Below, in pieces: positions 28,587-40,247 of a stretch of 64,000 nucleotides of DNA. Location of the stretch: contig VGPF01000002.1 in assembly GCA_016875535.1 (NCBI GenBank), positions 73,856 through 137,855 on the forward strand, in the 5' to 3' direction. Each line of letters starts with the position of its first letter. The first letter of the stretch is position 1. The DNA comes from Chloroflexota bacterium (GTDB lineage: Bacteria > Chloroflexota > Dehalococcoidia > SHYB01). The notes under the pieces are model-generated. The model worked only from the letters and a program-made list of their open reading frames with translations. It did not search any database and had not been told where the DNA came from. The position numbers and the translations under genes were made by a program.

Positions 28587-29471
28587 ATGGCAAGCATCAT
28601 TGACGGCAAGGCGATTTCCGAGCAGATTCTCAAGGAATCGGGCGAAGAGGTGACAAAGCTCAGGCAGAATGGCCTCACGCCCGGCCTGGCCGCGGTGCTG
28701 GTGGGCGATAACCCCGCATCTCAAGTTTATGTGCGCAACAAGACAAAGTCCTGCGAGCAGATCGGTATGTTCGCCGAGACGATCCGGATGCCGAAGGAGT
28801 CGCCACAGGAGGCAGTGGTGCAGAAGGTGCGCGGGCTGAATCGAGACCCTCGCTTCCACGGCATCCTTGTCCAGCTACCGCTGCCTTCGCACATAGACGA
28901 AGGGACGGTGGTGAACACGGTCGCGCCGGAGAAGGATGCCGATGGCCTCACTGCCGCCAGCATGGGCAGGCTCGCCTTAGGCGAGCCGATCTTCGTGCCT
29001 GCCACCGCCGCAGGCATCCAGCAATTGCTCCTGCGCACCGGCCACGACCCTGAGGGCAAGCACGTGGTGATCTGCGGGCGGAGCAACATCGTCAGCAAGC
29101 CGCTGGCGCTGCTCCTGGTGCAAAAGGCGAAGGGGGCGAACGCCACCGTGACGATGTGCCACACGCGCACCAAGGACATCGCCTCCTTCACGCGCCAGGC
29201 CGATATCCTGGTGGTCAGCACCGGCGTGGCGCAGTGGGTGAAAGGCGACATGGTGAAGCCGGGAGCTGTGGTGATAGACGTCGGCATCAATCGCATCAAC
29301 GACCCGACAACGAAGAGCGGCACGCGCCTGGTGGGCGATGTGGACTTCGCCAGCGTCAGCACAAAGGCCGCCGCCATCACACCCGTCCCCGGCGGCGTGG
29401 GACCGATGACCGTCGCCATGCTGGTGGCAAGCACCGTAAAGGCAGCGGCGCACTCGCTCAAGGCTAGATAG
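28587..29471 (+). CDS. folD: Methylene-THF dehydrogenase/cyclohydrolase
   Basis: IIDGK, YVRNK, GILVQLPLP, GRSNIV, DVGINR, PVPGGVGPMT. Confidence 0.98.
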   Translation: MASIIDGKAISEQILKESGEEVTKLRQNGLTPGLAAVLVGDNPASQVYVRNKTKSCEQIGMFAETIRMPKESPQEAVVQKVRGLNRDPRFHGILVQLPLPSHIDEGTVVNTVAPEKDADGLTAASMGRLALGEPIFVPATAAGIQQLLLRTGHDPEGKHVVICGRSNIVSKPLALLLVQKAKGANATVTMCHTRTKDIASFTRQADILVVSTGVAQWVKGDMVKPGAVVIDVGINRINDPTTKSGTRLVGDVDFASVSTKAAAITPVPGGVGPMTVAMLVASTVKAAAHSLKAR

Positions 29472-29475
29472 CGCC

Positions 29476-30504
29476 GTGCCGCAGGATCTCCGGACGGCCG
29501 ATTTCGACTACCATCTGCCGCCGGAGCTTATCGCCCAGACACCTATCGAGCCGCGCGACCATTCGCGCCTGCTGGTGCTGAACCGCCGGGACGGCTCCAT
29601 CGAGCACCGCCGCTTTTTCGACCTGCCGTCCTATCTCCGCAGCAACGATCTGCTCGTCTTCAACGATAGTCGGGTTATCCCGGCACGCCTCCTCGGGCGA
29701 AAGGCGGGCTCCCAGGGCAAGGTAGAGCTTCTCCTGCTCCACCGGATAGGACCGAAGCGCTGGCAGGCGCTAGCCAAGCCTGGAAGGCGGTTGGGCCCTG
29801 GCATCAAGGTGGAGATCGAAGGGGCAAAAAAGCAGTACGTCCTCGAAATCGAGTCGAAGAGTGGCGATGGCACGGTGATCGTGCGACTCGACGACGAAGG
29901 CGTGATCGAGGAGTGCGGGCATGCGCCGCTGCCGCCGTACATCCAGGAGCGCCTCAGCGACCCGGAGCGCTATCAGACGGTCTACGCCCGGGTGAAGGGG
30001 AGCGCAGCGGCGCCGACGGCGGGGCTGCACTTTACGCCGGAGCTTTTGCAAAGGATCCAGCAACAGGGCGTGAAGTTCGCCTTCGTGACACTGCATGTTG
30101 GACTGGATACCTTCCGCCCAGTGGACGAGGCGGACCCGCGCGAGCATGTTATCCACAAGGAGTACTGCGAGCTCCCGCTGGAGACGGCAAGGGCCATCGC
30201 CGAGAGGCGCAAGCGGGGCGGGCGGATCATCGCGGTGGGGACGACGACGACGCGGGTGCTGGAGACGGCGGCAAAGGCGGGAGGCGTTGCCCCCTGGAAC
30301 GGCTGGACTTCGACCTATATCCTGCCGGGCCACACCTTCAGAGCGGTGGACGCCCTCATCACGAACTTCCACCTGCCGAAGTCAACGCTGCTGATGCTGG
30401 TGAGCGCCTTCGCGGGGAAGGCCTTGATTGACAAGGCCTACCGGGAGGCGATAGAACAGCGGTACCGCTTCTATAGCTTTGGGGATGCGATGCTGATTGA
30501 GTGA
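29476..30504 (+). CDS. queA: SAM:tRNA ribosyltransferase-isomerase
   Basis: DFDY.LP.ELIAQ.P, PLPPYI, AAPTAGLHF, TNFHLP.STL, YRFYSFGDA. Confidence 0.99.
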   Translation: MPQDLRTADFDYHLPPELIAQTPIEPRDHSRLLVLNRRDGSIEHRRFFDLPSYLRSNDLLVFNDSRVIPARLLGRKAGSQGKVELLLLHRIGPKRWQALAKPGRRLGPGIKVEIEGAKKQYVLEIESKSGDGTVIVRLDDEGVIEECGHAPLPPYIQERLSDPERYQTVYARVKGSAAAPTAGLHFTPELLQRIQQQGVKFAFVTLHVGLDTFRPVDEADPREHVIHKEYCELPLETARAIAERRKRGGRIIAVGTTTTRVLETAAKAGGVAPWNGWTSTYILPGHTFRAVDALITNFHLPKSTLLMLVSAFAGKALIDKAYREAIEQRYRFYSFGDAMLIE

Positions 30505-32489
30505 ATGAAATGCCTACACCAGTTGCACGTTCATTCTATTCAAACTCGATAGCAAAATTCCTCACGGAGGAACCTAGCCAAATTCTAGGCAAGCTAGCTG
30601 CGGCTAGTTCCTCCGACGACACTGGCGACCAGAAGAATGCCTGGCTGGAACAAATTAGGCTTCTGCAAAGAACTCTCCCCCCATTTCAACGCGGCCACAT
30701 TCTCTTCGAGTACTCGATCCCAAGAATCGGGAAGCGTATAGACAACATCATAATTCTAGATGGCATCATATTCGTCATCGAATTTAAGGTTCGCAGTTCG
30801 GGAGAAGCAAAACACCAGCTTCCTGATATTGAACAAGTCACCGATTACGCCCTCGACCTCAAGTACTTTCATTCCGCAAGCAGAGATGCCCCGATCATTC
30901 CAATCCTCTTTGATACCCATGCTCAATCGGCAAAGACTGAAGTTCGCATTGCCGAGGACATGGTTTCTAAATGTCTGCCAGCAAATCAAAGCACATTCGA
31001 AGATGTTATGAAGTCGGTGCTAAAGAAGGTTCCAGCCTCACACCTAGACCCGGTTACCTGGGAACGAGCCCATTACAGCCCTACTCCGACAATTATCGAA
31101 GCGGCGTGTGAGCTCTACAGAACCCACGCCGTCTTAGAGATTTCTCGCTCCGACGCAGCAAACCTTACTGAGACAACGGATGCCCTGTCACTGATCATTA
31201 GAGAAGCGAAGTCCAGCTCGCAGAAGTCGATCTGCTTTGTTACAGGAGTCCCAGGATCAGGCAAGACGCTTGCTGGATTAAACCTGGCTATAGCGCAACA
31301 AAATCAGGCCACTGACGAACACGCCACCTTTCTTTCTGGCAATGGCCCCTTGGTTCAGGTTCTTCAAGAGGCGCTAGCCAGATCTACAACTAAAGAGTCA
31401 CAAATCAAAACGACGAAGAAAAGCGCCCTCCGGAAGGTTAATGAGTTCGTCCAACCAATCCACCGCTTTCGTGATGAGGGTCTAAGAGATTTAGAGACTC
31501 CACCTACGGAAAAAGTGATTATCTTTGATGAGGCTCAAAGAGCGTGGAGTCAAGAGCAAACTGCAGACTTCATGAGAAGAAAAAGAAAGCAAGCCGATTT
31601 CTCGCAATCTGAACCTCAGTTCCTTATTAGCTACGTGAATCGTCACAAGAATTGGGCTGTCGTCATCTGCCTGGTCGGCGGGGGCCAGGAAATTAACACC
31701 GGTGAAGCAGGACTCTCCGAATGGTTCAAAGCCTTGGCTACGACATTTCCGGATTGGCACGTGCATGTCTCTGATAGACTTACTGACTCGGAATATGCCG
31801 TAGACGAGATTTTTTTCAAGAGCATCAACCCTTCAAAGTTGCATATCAATAACCACTTACATTTGGCCACTTCTATCAGATCTTTTCGATCTGAACATGT
31901 CTCCAATTTTGTGAAGGCTTTGCTTGATTGCGACATCGCTACCTCAATCGAGATGAAAAAGGCACTGAAAGAGAAATACCCACTAGTGCTGACACGCAAC
32001 CTCGATAGAGCAAAAGAATGGGTAAAGACAAACGCACGAGGGTCAGAGCGCTATGGATTGGTTGCCTCGTCAGGGGCCAAACGGCTAAGACCCTTAGGAA
32101 TCACAGTTCAAGCAGAAATTAATCCAGCAAATTGGTTCCTAAATCCATCATACGATGTTAGGTCATCATATTACCTTGAAGAAGTTGCTACAGAATTTGA
32201 TGTCCAAGGGCTTGAACTCGACTGGACCATCGTTGGATGGGATGCCGATTTTCGGTTCACCGAAGGAGCATGGCGCACTCTCTCATTCAGTGGCTTTAGC
32301 TGGAAGCAAATCAAGAGTCCAGTCCAGCAAGGCTATCGAAAGAACTCTTATCGTGTGCTTCTAACACGTGCTCGTCAGGGCATGGTAATATTCATCCCCC
32401 TGGGGGACTCCAGAGATAACACCCGGCGACCTGAATTCTACGACGGTACTTACAACTACCTGCGGCAAATCGGTGTTGAGGAAATCTAG
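30501..32489 (+). CDS. DUF2075 / Schlafen-group-3-like nuclease-helicase
   Basis: N-terminal ID..(x11)..EFK PD-(D/E)xK-like motif, Walker A GVPGSGKT, DEAQR, QGLELD, YRVLLTRAR.G; visibly AT-richer than neighbours. Confidence 0.88.
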   Translation: MNEMPTPVARSFYSNSIAKFLTEEPSQILGKLAAASSSDDTGDQKNAWLEQIRLLQRTLPPFQRGHILFEYSIPRIGKRIDNIIILDGIIFVIEFKVRSSGEAKHQLPDIEQVTDYALDLKYFHSASRDAPIIPILFDTHAQSAKTEVRIAEDMVSKCLPANQSTFEDVMKSVLKKVPASHLDPVTWERAHYSPTPTIIEAACELYRTHAVLEISRSDAANLTETTDALSLIIREAKSSSQKSICFVTGVPGSGKTLAGLNLAIAQQNQATDEHATFLSGNGPLVQVLQEALARSTTKESQIKTTKKSALRKVNEFVQPIHRFRDEGLRDLETPPTEKVIIFDEAQRAWSQEQTADFMRRKRKQADFSQSEPQFLISYVNRHKNWAVVICLVGGGQEINTGEAGLSEWFKALATTFPDWHVHVSDRLTDSEYAVDEIFFKSINPSKLHINNHLHLATSIRSFRSEHVSNFVKALLDCDIATSIEMKKALKEKYPLVLTRNLDRAKEWVKTNARGSERYGLVASSGAKRLRPLGITVQAEINPANWFLNPSYDVRSSYYLEEVATEFDVQGLELDWTIVGWDADFRFTEGAWRTLSFSGFSWKQIKSPVQQGYRKNSYRVLLTRARQGMVIFIPLGDSRDNTRRPEFYDGTYNYLRQIGVEEI

Positions 32490-32537
32490 AGTCCCTTCCG
32501 TTTACCCCTCCGCACTTTTGTTTTACACTAGAGCCCT

Positions 32538-32798
32538 ATGCGTGACCTTGAACTCTTAGCGCAGGAGCATTTCAAGCTCTGCCATGCCGAATCGCCACGG
32601 CACCGGGCGGAGCTCATCATCTGGTATGCAGACGTCGGCGTGGCAGTCGAAGGACAGAACGTCCAGTACCACTGCCCCGTGTGCGGCAAGATCGTTCATT
32701 CAACGGTGGACGAATTCGTCCACCACGAGACGCGCTGGGGCCTCACGTGCCCCGAGTGCAGGGCGAAATCGGAGTCTCGCCCCGGAGGCACAGACTAG
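32538..32798 (+). CDS. Small zinc-finger-like hypothetical protein
   Basis: CPVC and CPEC pairs; TACACT 8 nt upstream of ATG. Confidence 0.65.
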   Translation: MRDLELLAQEHFKLCHAESPRHRAELIIWYADVGVAVEGQNVQYHCPVCGKIVHSTVDEFVHHETRWGLTCPECRAKSESRPGGTD

Positions 32799-32800
32799 CC

Positions 32801-33034
32801 ATGGCCGTGAAAGCGTACATCCTCGTTTCGACGGAGCCGGAGCACACGGCGCAGCTTCACGCCAAGCTGAAGAAGCTGAAACGCGTCAAAGAAGTCCACG
32901 AGGTGATGGGCCCCTACGATATCGTGATCGAGGTGAAGGCGAAGGAGCTGGCCGAGGTCACAGACCTCCTCCGGAAGTCCATCCGCCCGATGACGGGCGT
33001 TCGCAACACCACCACCTGCGTGGCGATGAACTAG
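32801..33034 (+). CDS. Stand-alone Lrp/AsnC ligand-binding (RAM) domain protein
   Basis: GGAGG RBS; KAYILV..EP, VHEVMGPYDIVIEV, GVRNTTTC. Confidence 0.88.
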   Translation: MAVKAYILVSTEPEHTAQLHAKLKKLKRVKEVHEVMGPYDIVIEVKAKELAEVTDLLRKSIRPMTGVRNTTTCVAMN

Positions 33035-33122
33035 CCGAGGACGCACCGAGTTACCCCGGCAGCCCTGCCCGGGCTTGCTTGCATCTCCTATACTGGGCGG
33101 ACCCCATCCGGTGAGGTTCGCC

Positions 33123-34358
33123 ATGACTACCCAGGATTTCGCAAAGCAGTTGGCAGACACGCACGCCAAGATCACGGACGAAGGCATCGCCAAGTTCCGA
33201 GAGCGCATCGGAGTCGTTGTGCCAAGGGAGAAGCCCTACAACGAGTACGCCGCCATTGACAGCATGCGCCACTTCGTCGAGTCCTACGGCGGTGACAACC
33301 CCCTCTACACCAATCCGGAATACGCCAAGGGCACGCGCTGGCGCAACATGATCGCCTCCCCCGAGTTTCTGACGACCACCGGCGTCAGCGAGGTCAAGGA
33401 GATACGGCCGGAGATCCGCAAGCGCGGCGAGCACGCCCTGGCGGGGGTCCACGAGTTCTTCTCAGGCGACGAGTGGGAGTGGTTCGCCCCTGTCTATGCC
33501 GGGGACTCCTTTATCCGCCGCTACTACCTCTATGACGTTGTGGAGAAGGAGCGGAGCCAGTTCTCCGGCGGCCGCTCCGTCATCACCAAGTACCGCTCCG
33601 ACTACATCAACCAGCGTGGAGAGCTTGTCGCCACGGACCGCTTTTATTTCATCAAAGTGGAGCGGGATGCCGCGGTGAAGACGGGGAAGAACAAGCACAT
33701 CGAGCGGACGCGCTACACGGTCGAGCAGATCAAAGAGATGGACGAGGCCTACAAGAACCAATTCCGTCGCGGGGCGGATGTGCTCTACTGGGAGGATGTG
33801 AAGGTGGGCGATAGCCTGCCGGCCCTAGTGAAGGGCCCCATGACGCTGACAGATATGATCGTCTGGTGCCGTGGCTGGGGCGGCGGCATGCAGCACACCA
33901 GGAACGCCTGGAAAGACCGCTCGCGCCATCCCAAGTTCTACTCCTTGAACGAGTGGGGCGTGCCGGACATCGTCGAGCGGGTGCACTGGGACGACGCCTG
34001 GGCGCAGAAGATCGGCAACCCGCGCGCCTATGATTTCGGCCGCATGCGCAGCGTCTACCTCTCCGAGCTGGTCACCAACTGGATGGGCGACGACGCCTGG
34101 CTATGGAAGCTTTCCAGCCAGTTCCGCGCCTTCAACTTCATGGGCGATGCCACTTGGTTCAAGGGCAAGATCACCGGGAAGAGCGTGACACCGGAAGGCA
34201 ACCACATCGTTGAACTGGAGCTGTGGGGAGAGAACGAGCGCCACGAGGTTACGGCCCCCGGGAACGCCACGGTCATCCTCTGCTCCCGCGAAAAGGGGCC
34301 GGTGCAGCTGCCTCGGCCTTCGGCGAAGACGGAAGGGACCGTGCCGCTGATATACTAG
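33123..34358 (+). CDS. Double hot-dog (MaoC/FAS1-like) dehydratase
   Basis: GGDNPLY...EYA, IASP.F, WEWFAPV..GD, YWEDVKVGD.LP, HWDD..A..IG. Confidence 0.85.
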   Translation: MTTQDFAKQLADTHAKITDEGIAKFRERIGVVVPREKPYNEYAAIDSMRHFVESYGGDNPLYTNPEYAKGTRWRNMIASPEFLTTTGVSEVKEIRPEIRKRGEHALAGVHEFFSGDEWEWFAPVYAGDSFIRRYYLYDVVEKERSQFSGGRSVITKYRSDYINQRGELVATDRFYFIKVERDAAVKTGKNKHIERTRYTVEQIKEMDEAYKNQFRRGADVLYWEDVKVGDSLPALVKGPMTLTDMIVWCRGWGGGMQHTRNAWKDRSRHPKFYSLNEWGVPDIVERVHWDDAWAQKIGNPRAYDFGRMRSVYLSELVTNWMGDDAWLWKLSSQFRAFNFMGDATWFKGKITGKSVTPEGNHIVELELWGENERHEVTAPGNATVILCSREKGPVQLPRPSAKTEGTVPLIY

Positions 34359-34362
34359 GCGC

Positions 34363-35007
34363 ATGCCTCTGAAGCTCATCGTCTACTCGGACTACATCTG
34401 ACCCTGGTGCTACCTCGCCCTGGACCGGGTCGAGCGGCTGGAGAAGCAGTACGGCCTAGAGGTGGAGTGGCGCGCCTTTGAGCTGCATCCCGAGATCCCG
34501 CCGGAGGGGCGCGTCCTTACCCGCGACCCGGATCGCGTAAAGGCGGGGCGCGAGCGCCTTCTGAAAGCGGCGGCGGAAGACGGCGTGGAGATGCGCTTCC
34601 GCGAGCGAACCTCCAATTCCCGGCTGGCGCTGGAGGCCACAGAATATGCCCGCGACCAGGGCAAGGCCAACGGCTTCCACCACGCCCTCATGAAGGCCTA
34701 CTGGGTTGAGACGCGGGACATCGGCGACAGCGACGTTTTGACGGATGTGGCCGCGGCCTGCGGGCTGGACGCCGCGGAGCTGCGCCAGGCACTCACGGAC
34801 AGGCGCTACTCGGAAGAAGTCCAGCACCAGATAGACCTGGCGCGCCAGTTCAACATCTACGCCGTACCGTCCTTCATCTTCAGCCACAAGTTCCTGGTCC
34901 AAGGCTGCCAGCCGTACGACGTCTTCGAGCGCATCATGGAGGAGCATGTCCTGCCGGACGCCAGGGCGGCAAGGGGCGAGGCACAGAGCGAAGATAGCGC
35001 CTCGTAG
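34363..35007 (+). CDS. Selenocysteine-containing DsbA/FrnE-like thioredoxin-fold protein (TGA at 34399-34401 read as Sec)
   Basis: MPLKLIVYSDYI-U-PWCY in frame with ORF 34462-35007 (AFELHP, AVPSF, GCQP); SECIS-like hairpin downstream. Confidence 0.88.
34414..34433 (+). promoter_or_regulatory. Putative bacterial SECIS hairpin
   Basis: CTCGCCC-TGGACC-GGG(T)CGAG; loop starts about 19 nt after TGA with G among its first positions. Confidence 0.55.
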
Positions 35008-35039
35008 CGCGCTTCGAGCGTACGAGGCTTGGGAAAAGC

Positions 35040-35070
35040 AAAGGGCCCGCCGGATCGGCGGGCCCTTTTT
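35040..35070. terminator. Bidirectional terminator (16S transcript and dsbA-like gene)
   Basis: AAAGGGCCCGCCG-GAT-CGGCGGGCCCTTTTT. Confidence 0.9.
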
Positions 35071-35239
35071 GTTCACCTTAACCGGAGGATAGTAGAAGGA
35101 GTAGGGGTAAAAAGTTCATTTTGGGAGTTTGATCGAGTTATTACATCAATCAAACTTAGAAAAAGGTGCCTTCCGATCGCTCGGAAGGACCGACCTAGAA
35201 GCTAGCCTCTGGAGCCGAAGCTCCGGAGGAAGACTCCCT

Positions 35240-36735
<1,496 letters not shown>

Positions 36736-36768
36736 TGATTTACCTTACCTAATTCCTTCTACTATTCT

Positions 36769-36781
36769 CTTGTTAAGGTGC
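36769..36781 (-). promoter_or_regulatory. BoxA-like antitermination element, part of the 16S processing stem
   Basis: GCACCTTAACAAG; leader 36739-36780 is complementary to trailer 35075-35112. Confidence 0.6.
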
Positions 36782-36832
36782 GCACCCCTCAGAGGCGCAA
36801 ACCACCCGCACAGGAGCGGGTGGAACCTAGTA

Positions 36833-36861
36833 ACTATACCTCGCGCGGCTTCGAGTGTCAA
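36833..36861 (-). promoter_or_regulatory. 16S rRNA promoter
   Basis: TTGACA-N17-TATAGT. Confidence 0.9.
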
Positions 36862-36946
36862 TAGCTTTGGCGGTGACTTGCTCTCTCCATTTCCCCGGGT
36901 TCAGCCATGGGTATGAATCATCCGCGCGAACAATGGGCGCTACTCC

Positions 36947-37555
36947 TTACCGTATCACCGCCCCCGCGATCCGCAGCTCCGCATCGTTCGTGCGGTCCAG
37001 GTAGCCCCGGAGCCGACGCATCCACATCCGCGCCTCCTGGCCCTGGGCAGCTAGCGTGATTTCAGTCCCACCGGGTGCCTCTCGGGCGCCAATTTTGAGG
37101 ATTGCCGCCCGCATGGGGTTCTGCAGCCCTTGAACCAACGCCGCTTCAGCCATCGCAGGCCAGATGAGCTTTGGCCCCTGGTCGCGGCTGTGCTCGCCCA
37201 TCTGACTCGGCTTCATCCGGTTCAATTCGCGCCACATCAAAAAGTGGACGTCCGCCTGGAATTGCATCCCTTGCGGCGAGGTGGTGTTCACAGAGCCTGA
37301 GGCGAAGTTCCCGAAGCCGTTGGAGGTGAACATCTCGCGGATCACAAAGCGCACGGCGCGCGGCGGGAAGAGGACGGCGGTTTGAAGCGGATGTCGCAGA
37401 GGCTTGCGCAGGGTTAGGGCGCCGGCAACTCTGCCGACAGGCGCCCAGCGACGGGCGGTAAGCTCGCGGGACTGCATCTGGAGCCACGCCGCGATGGCCT
37501 CCAGCGCCACAGCCGGGGTCACGTTTCGCCTGAGGACCTCAGTCGCTACATCCAT
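36947..37555 (-). CDS. Hypothetical protein
   Basis: 202-aa ORF filling the gap downstream of clpC; no family recognised. Confidence 0.6.
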   Translation of the reverse strand: MDVATEVLRRNVTPAVALEAIAAWLQMQSRELTARRWAPVGRVAGALTLRKPLRHPLQTAVLFPPRAVRFVIREMFTSNGFGNFASGSVNTTSPQGMQFQADVHFLMWRELNRMKPSQMGEHSRDQGPKLIWPAMAEAALVQGLQNPMRAAILKIGAREAPGGTEITLAAQGQEARMWMRRLRGYLDRTNDAELRIAGAVIR

Positions 37556-37584
37556 CGTCCGGCACCAGACCAGTCCGCTAAAGA

Positions 37585-37612
37585 AACAGGCTCCCCGCGC
37601 GGGGAGCCTGTT
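37585..37612 (-). terminator. Terminator after clpC
   Basis: AACAGGCTCCCC-GCGC-GGGGAGCCTGTT. Confidence 0.8.
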
Positions 37613-37631
37613 GTTCCTGCACTATGCGACC

Positions 37632-40127
37632 CTACTTCGCCGGCGCAGCCAACTCGGCTCCGGCGACGGCCGGCGCCTCTCCCTGCTCCTTGCGGAGGAT
37701 GATCTTCTCTTCATCGGCATCCACTACAACAGTGTCGCCCGCATCGAACTCACCCTTGAGCACCGCATCCGATAGGGCATCTTCCACCATGTTCTGGATG
37801 GTGCGGCGGAGCGGGCGGGCGCCGTAGGCCGGATCAAAGCCTTTCTTGGCCAGGAGCTCCTTAGCCGCTTGGGTGGCTTTCATGCCCATGCCCTTCTCCA
37901 GCATGGTCTTGCCGACGACGTTGAGCATCAGGCCGACGATCTGCTGGATGTGCTCCTGGCTCAGGGCGTGGAAGGTGACCTGAGAGTCTATTCTGTTCAA
38001 GAACTCGGGCTTGAAGCGGCGCTTCACCTCACCCAGGACCTTCTCTTTCATCTGTTCGTAGGCGCGCTTGGATTCGATCGCCTCGGTGCCCGTCTGCACA
38101 AAGCCCATGGAAGTGCTCTTGCGGATCAGATCGGCGCCGATGTTGCTGGTCATCACGACGATGGCGTTGCGGAAGTCCACCCTGCGACCTTTGGCGTCGG
38201 TCAGGTGTCCATCGTCAAAGATTTGCAGGAGGATGTTGAAGACCTCATCGTGGGCCTTCTCGATCTCGTCCATGAGGATCACGCAGTAGGATTTGCGGCG
38301 CACGGCTTCGGTGAGCTGGCCGCCCTCGTCATAGCCCACATAGCCGGGAGGCGCGCCGACGAGCCGGGCTACGGTGTGGCGCTCCATGAACTCCGACATA
38401 TCGAGGCGGATCATGTTTTCTTCGCTGCCGAACATGAACTCAGAGAGAACGCGCACAAGCTCAGTCTTGCCCACGCCGGTAGGGCCAAGGAAGAGGAAGG
38501 CGCCGATGGGCCGTCGCGGGTCCTTGAGGCCTGCACGGGCGCGGCGGATAGCCTTCGAGATAACGGTGATCGCCTCATCCTGGCCGATGATGCGCTTGTG
38601 GAGATACTCCTCCATCTGGAGGAGGCGCGCCGTCTCTTGCGTGGCCAGACGCGTCACGGGGATACCTGTCCACATGGCTACGACCTGGCTGATGTGCTCG
38701 GCGGTGACCTCCGGGCGCTCCTTGGACTGCTCGCTCTGCCACTCCTTTTCAAGTTGCTCCAGGCGCTCGTTCAGCTTGAGTTCGCGGTCGCGAAGCTCGG
38801 CGGCATACTCGTACTGCTGGCCGCCGATGGCCTCTTCCTTCTCCTTGCGCACCTTTTCCAGCACCTGCATCGCCTCTTTCACGGAGAGCGGCGTGGTGGC
38901 GCTGCTGATGCGCACACGAGAGGAGGCTTCGTCCATCAGGTCAATGGCCTTATCGGGCAGGAAGCGGTCGGAGATATAGCGGGAGGCGAGTTGCGCGGCG
39001 GCGCGCAGAGCCTCGTCCGTGATGGTGAGCTTGTGGTGCTCCTCATAGCGGGCCTTGATGCCGCGGAGGATCTCCACCGTATCGTCAACGCTGGGCTCGT
39101 CCACCGTCACAGGCTGAAAGCGGCGCTCGAGGCCGGCATCGCGCTCCACGTACTTACGGTACTCGTCCAAGGTCGTGGCGCCGATGCACTGGAGTTCGCC
39201 GCGAGAGAGGGAGGGCTTCAGGATGTTTGCGGCATCTACAGCGCCTTCAGCCGCGCCTGCGCCGACCATGGTGTGCATCTCATCAATGAACAGCACACAG
39301 TTGCCTGAGGCCTTGATCTCTTCGATGACTTTCTTCAGTCGCTCCTCGAACTCGCCGCGGTACTTGGTGCCAGCAACGAGCGCGCCCATATCGAGCGTGA
39401 CGAGGCGCTTATTGAGGAGCGTCTCCGGCACTTCGCCACCGACGATGCGATGGGCGAGAGCCTCGACGATAGCCGTTTTGCCTACTCCAGGCTCACCGAT
39501 GAGCACCGGGTTGTTTTTGGTGCGGCGGCTCAAAATCTGAACTACACGTTCGATCTCCTTGTGGCGGCCGATAACCGGATCGAGCTTGCCTGCGCGGGCG
39601 GCAGCGGTCAGGTCAATGCCGAGCTGATCCAGGACCGGTGTGCGCGTTTGGGGGCGCGCCCCCTGGCCTTGCTGCTGGGACATCGTCTGGCTGAGGATGC
39701 GGCTGGTCTCGTTGCGCACCTTCTCCAAAGTGACGCCGAGGCTCTCGAGGACACCTGCGGCAACGCCCTCACCTTCGCGCATAAGGCCGATGAGCAGATG
39801 CTCCGTGCCGATGTAGCTGTGATTGAGGCGGCGCGCCTCGTCAACAGCAAGTTCGATGACCTTCTTGGCGCGGGGCGTCAGGCCGATCTCGCCGGGCACA
39901 GCCTTTTCGCCGCGGCCGATGATGAATTCAACTGCGGAGCGAACCTTGCTCAACTCCACGCCAAGGTTGGAGAGGACACGGGCGGCAACGCCTTCGGTCT
40001 CGCGGGCAAGACCCAGGAGGATGTGCTCCGTCCCGATATAGTTGTGGTTAAAGCGCTGGGCCTCTTCCTGAGCCAGGGAGAGCACCCTTCGTGCCCGCTC
40101 CGAGAATTTTTCGAATCTACTTGCCAT
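37632..40127 (-). CDS. clpC: ATP-dependent Clp protease ATPase subunit
   Basis: Two Clp-N repeats, [11 protein letters not shown] motif, [11 protein letters not shown] loop; AGGAG RBS before ATG 40127. Confidence 0.97.
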   Translation of the reverse strand: MASRFEKFSERARRVLSLAQEEAQRFNHNYIGTEHILLGLARETEGVAARVLSNLGVELSKVRSAVEFIIGRGEKAVPGEIGLTPRAKKVIELAVDEARRLNHSYIGTEHLLIGLMREGEGVAAGVLESLGVTLEKVRNETSRILSQTMSQQQGQGARPQTRTPVLDQLGIDLTAAARAGKLDPVIGRHKEIERVVQILSRRTKNNPVLIGEPGVGKTAIVEALAHRIVGGEVPETLLNKRLVTLDMGALVAGTKYRGEFEERLKKVIEEIKASGNCVLFIDEMHTMVGAGAAEGAVDAANILKPSLSRGELQCIGATTLDEYRKYVERDAGLERRFQPVTVDEPSVDDTVEILRGIKARYEEHHKLTITDEALRAAAQLASRYISDRFLPDKAIDLMDEASSRVRISSATTPLSVKEAMQVLEKVRKEKEEAIGGQQYEYAAELRDRELKLNERLEQLEKEWQSEQSKERPEVTAEHISQVVAMWTGIPVTRLATQETARLLQMEEYLHKRIIGQDEAITVISKAIRRARAGLKDPRRPIGAFLFLGPTGVGKTELVRVLSEFMFGSEENMIRLDMSEFMERHTVARLVGAPPGYVGYDEGGQLTEAVRRKSYCVILMDEIEKAHDEVFNILLQIFDDGHLTDAKGRRVDFRNAIVVMTSNIGADLIRKSTSMGFVQTGTEAIESKRAYEQMKEKVLGEVKRRFKPEFLNRIDSQVTFHALSQEHIQQIVGLMLNVVGKTMLEKGMGMKATQAAKELLAKKGFDPAYGARPLRRTIQNMVEDALSDAVLKGEFDAGDTVVVDADEEKIILRKEQGEAPAVAGAELAAPAK

Positions 40128-40247
40128 TGTTTTGGCTCCTCGTCGAAGTATTCCGGGCCAATCCTCGCATCTCCGCACATCCCATTTGCTTCGCCCGCAT
40201 TCGCGGCAAGGTCTCGACCCCCAGCCGCAAGCTATATGCTCTTAAGT

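Noticed and set aside
34399..34401. Nonsense mutation/pseudogene or alternative genetic code
   Set aside because: TGA aligns with the redox Cys and has a SECIS-like hairpin, and TGA is a normal stop in many other genes here
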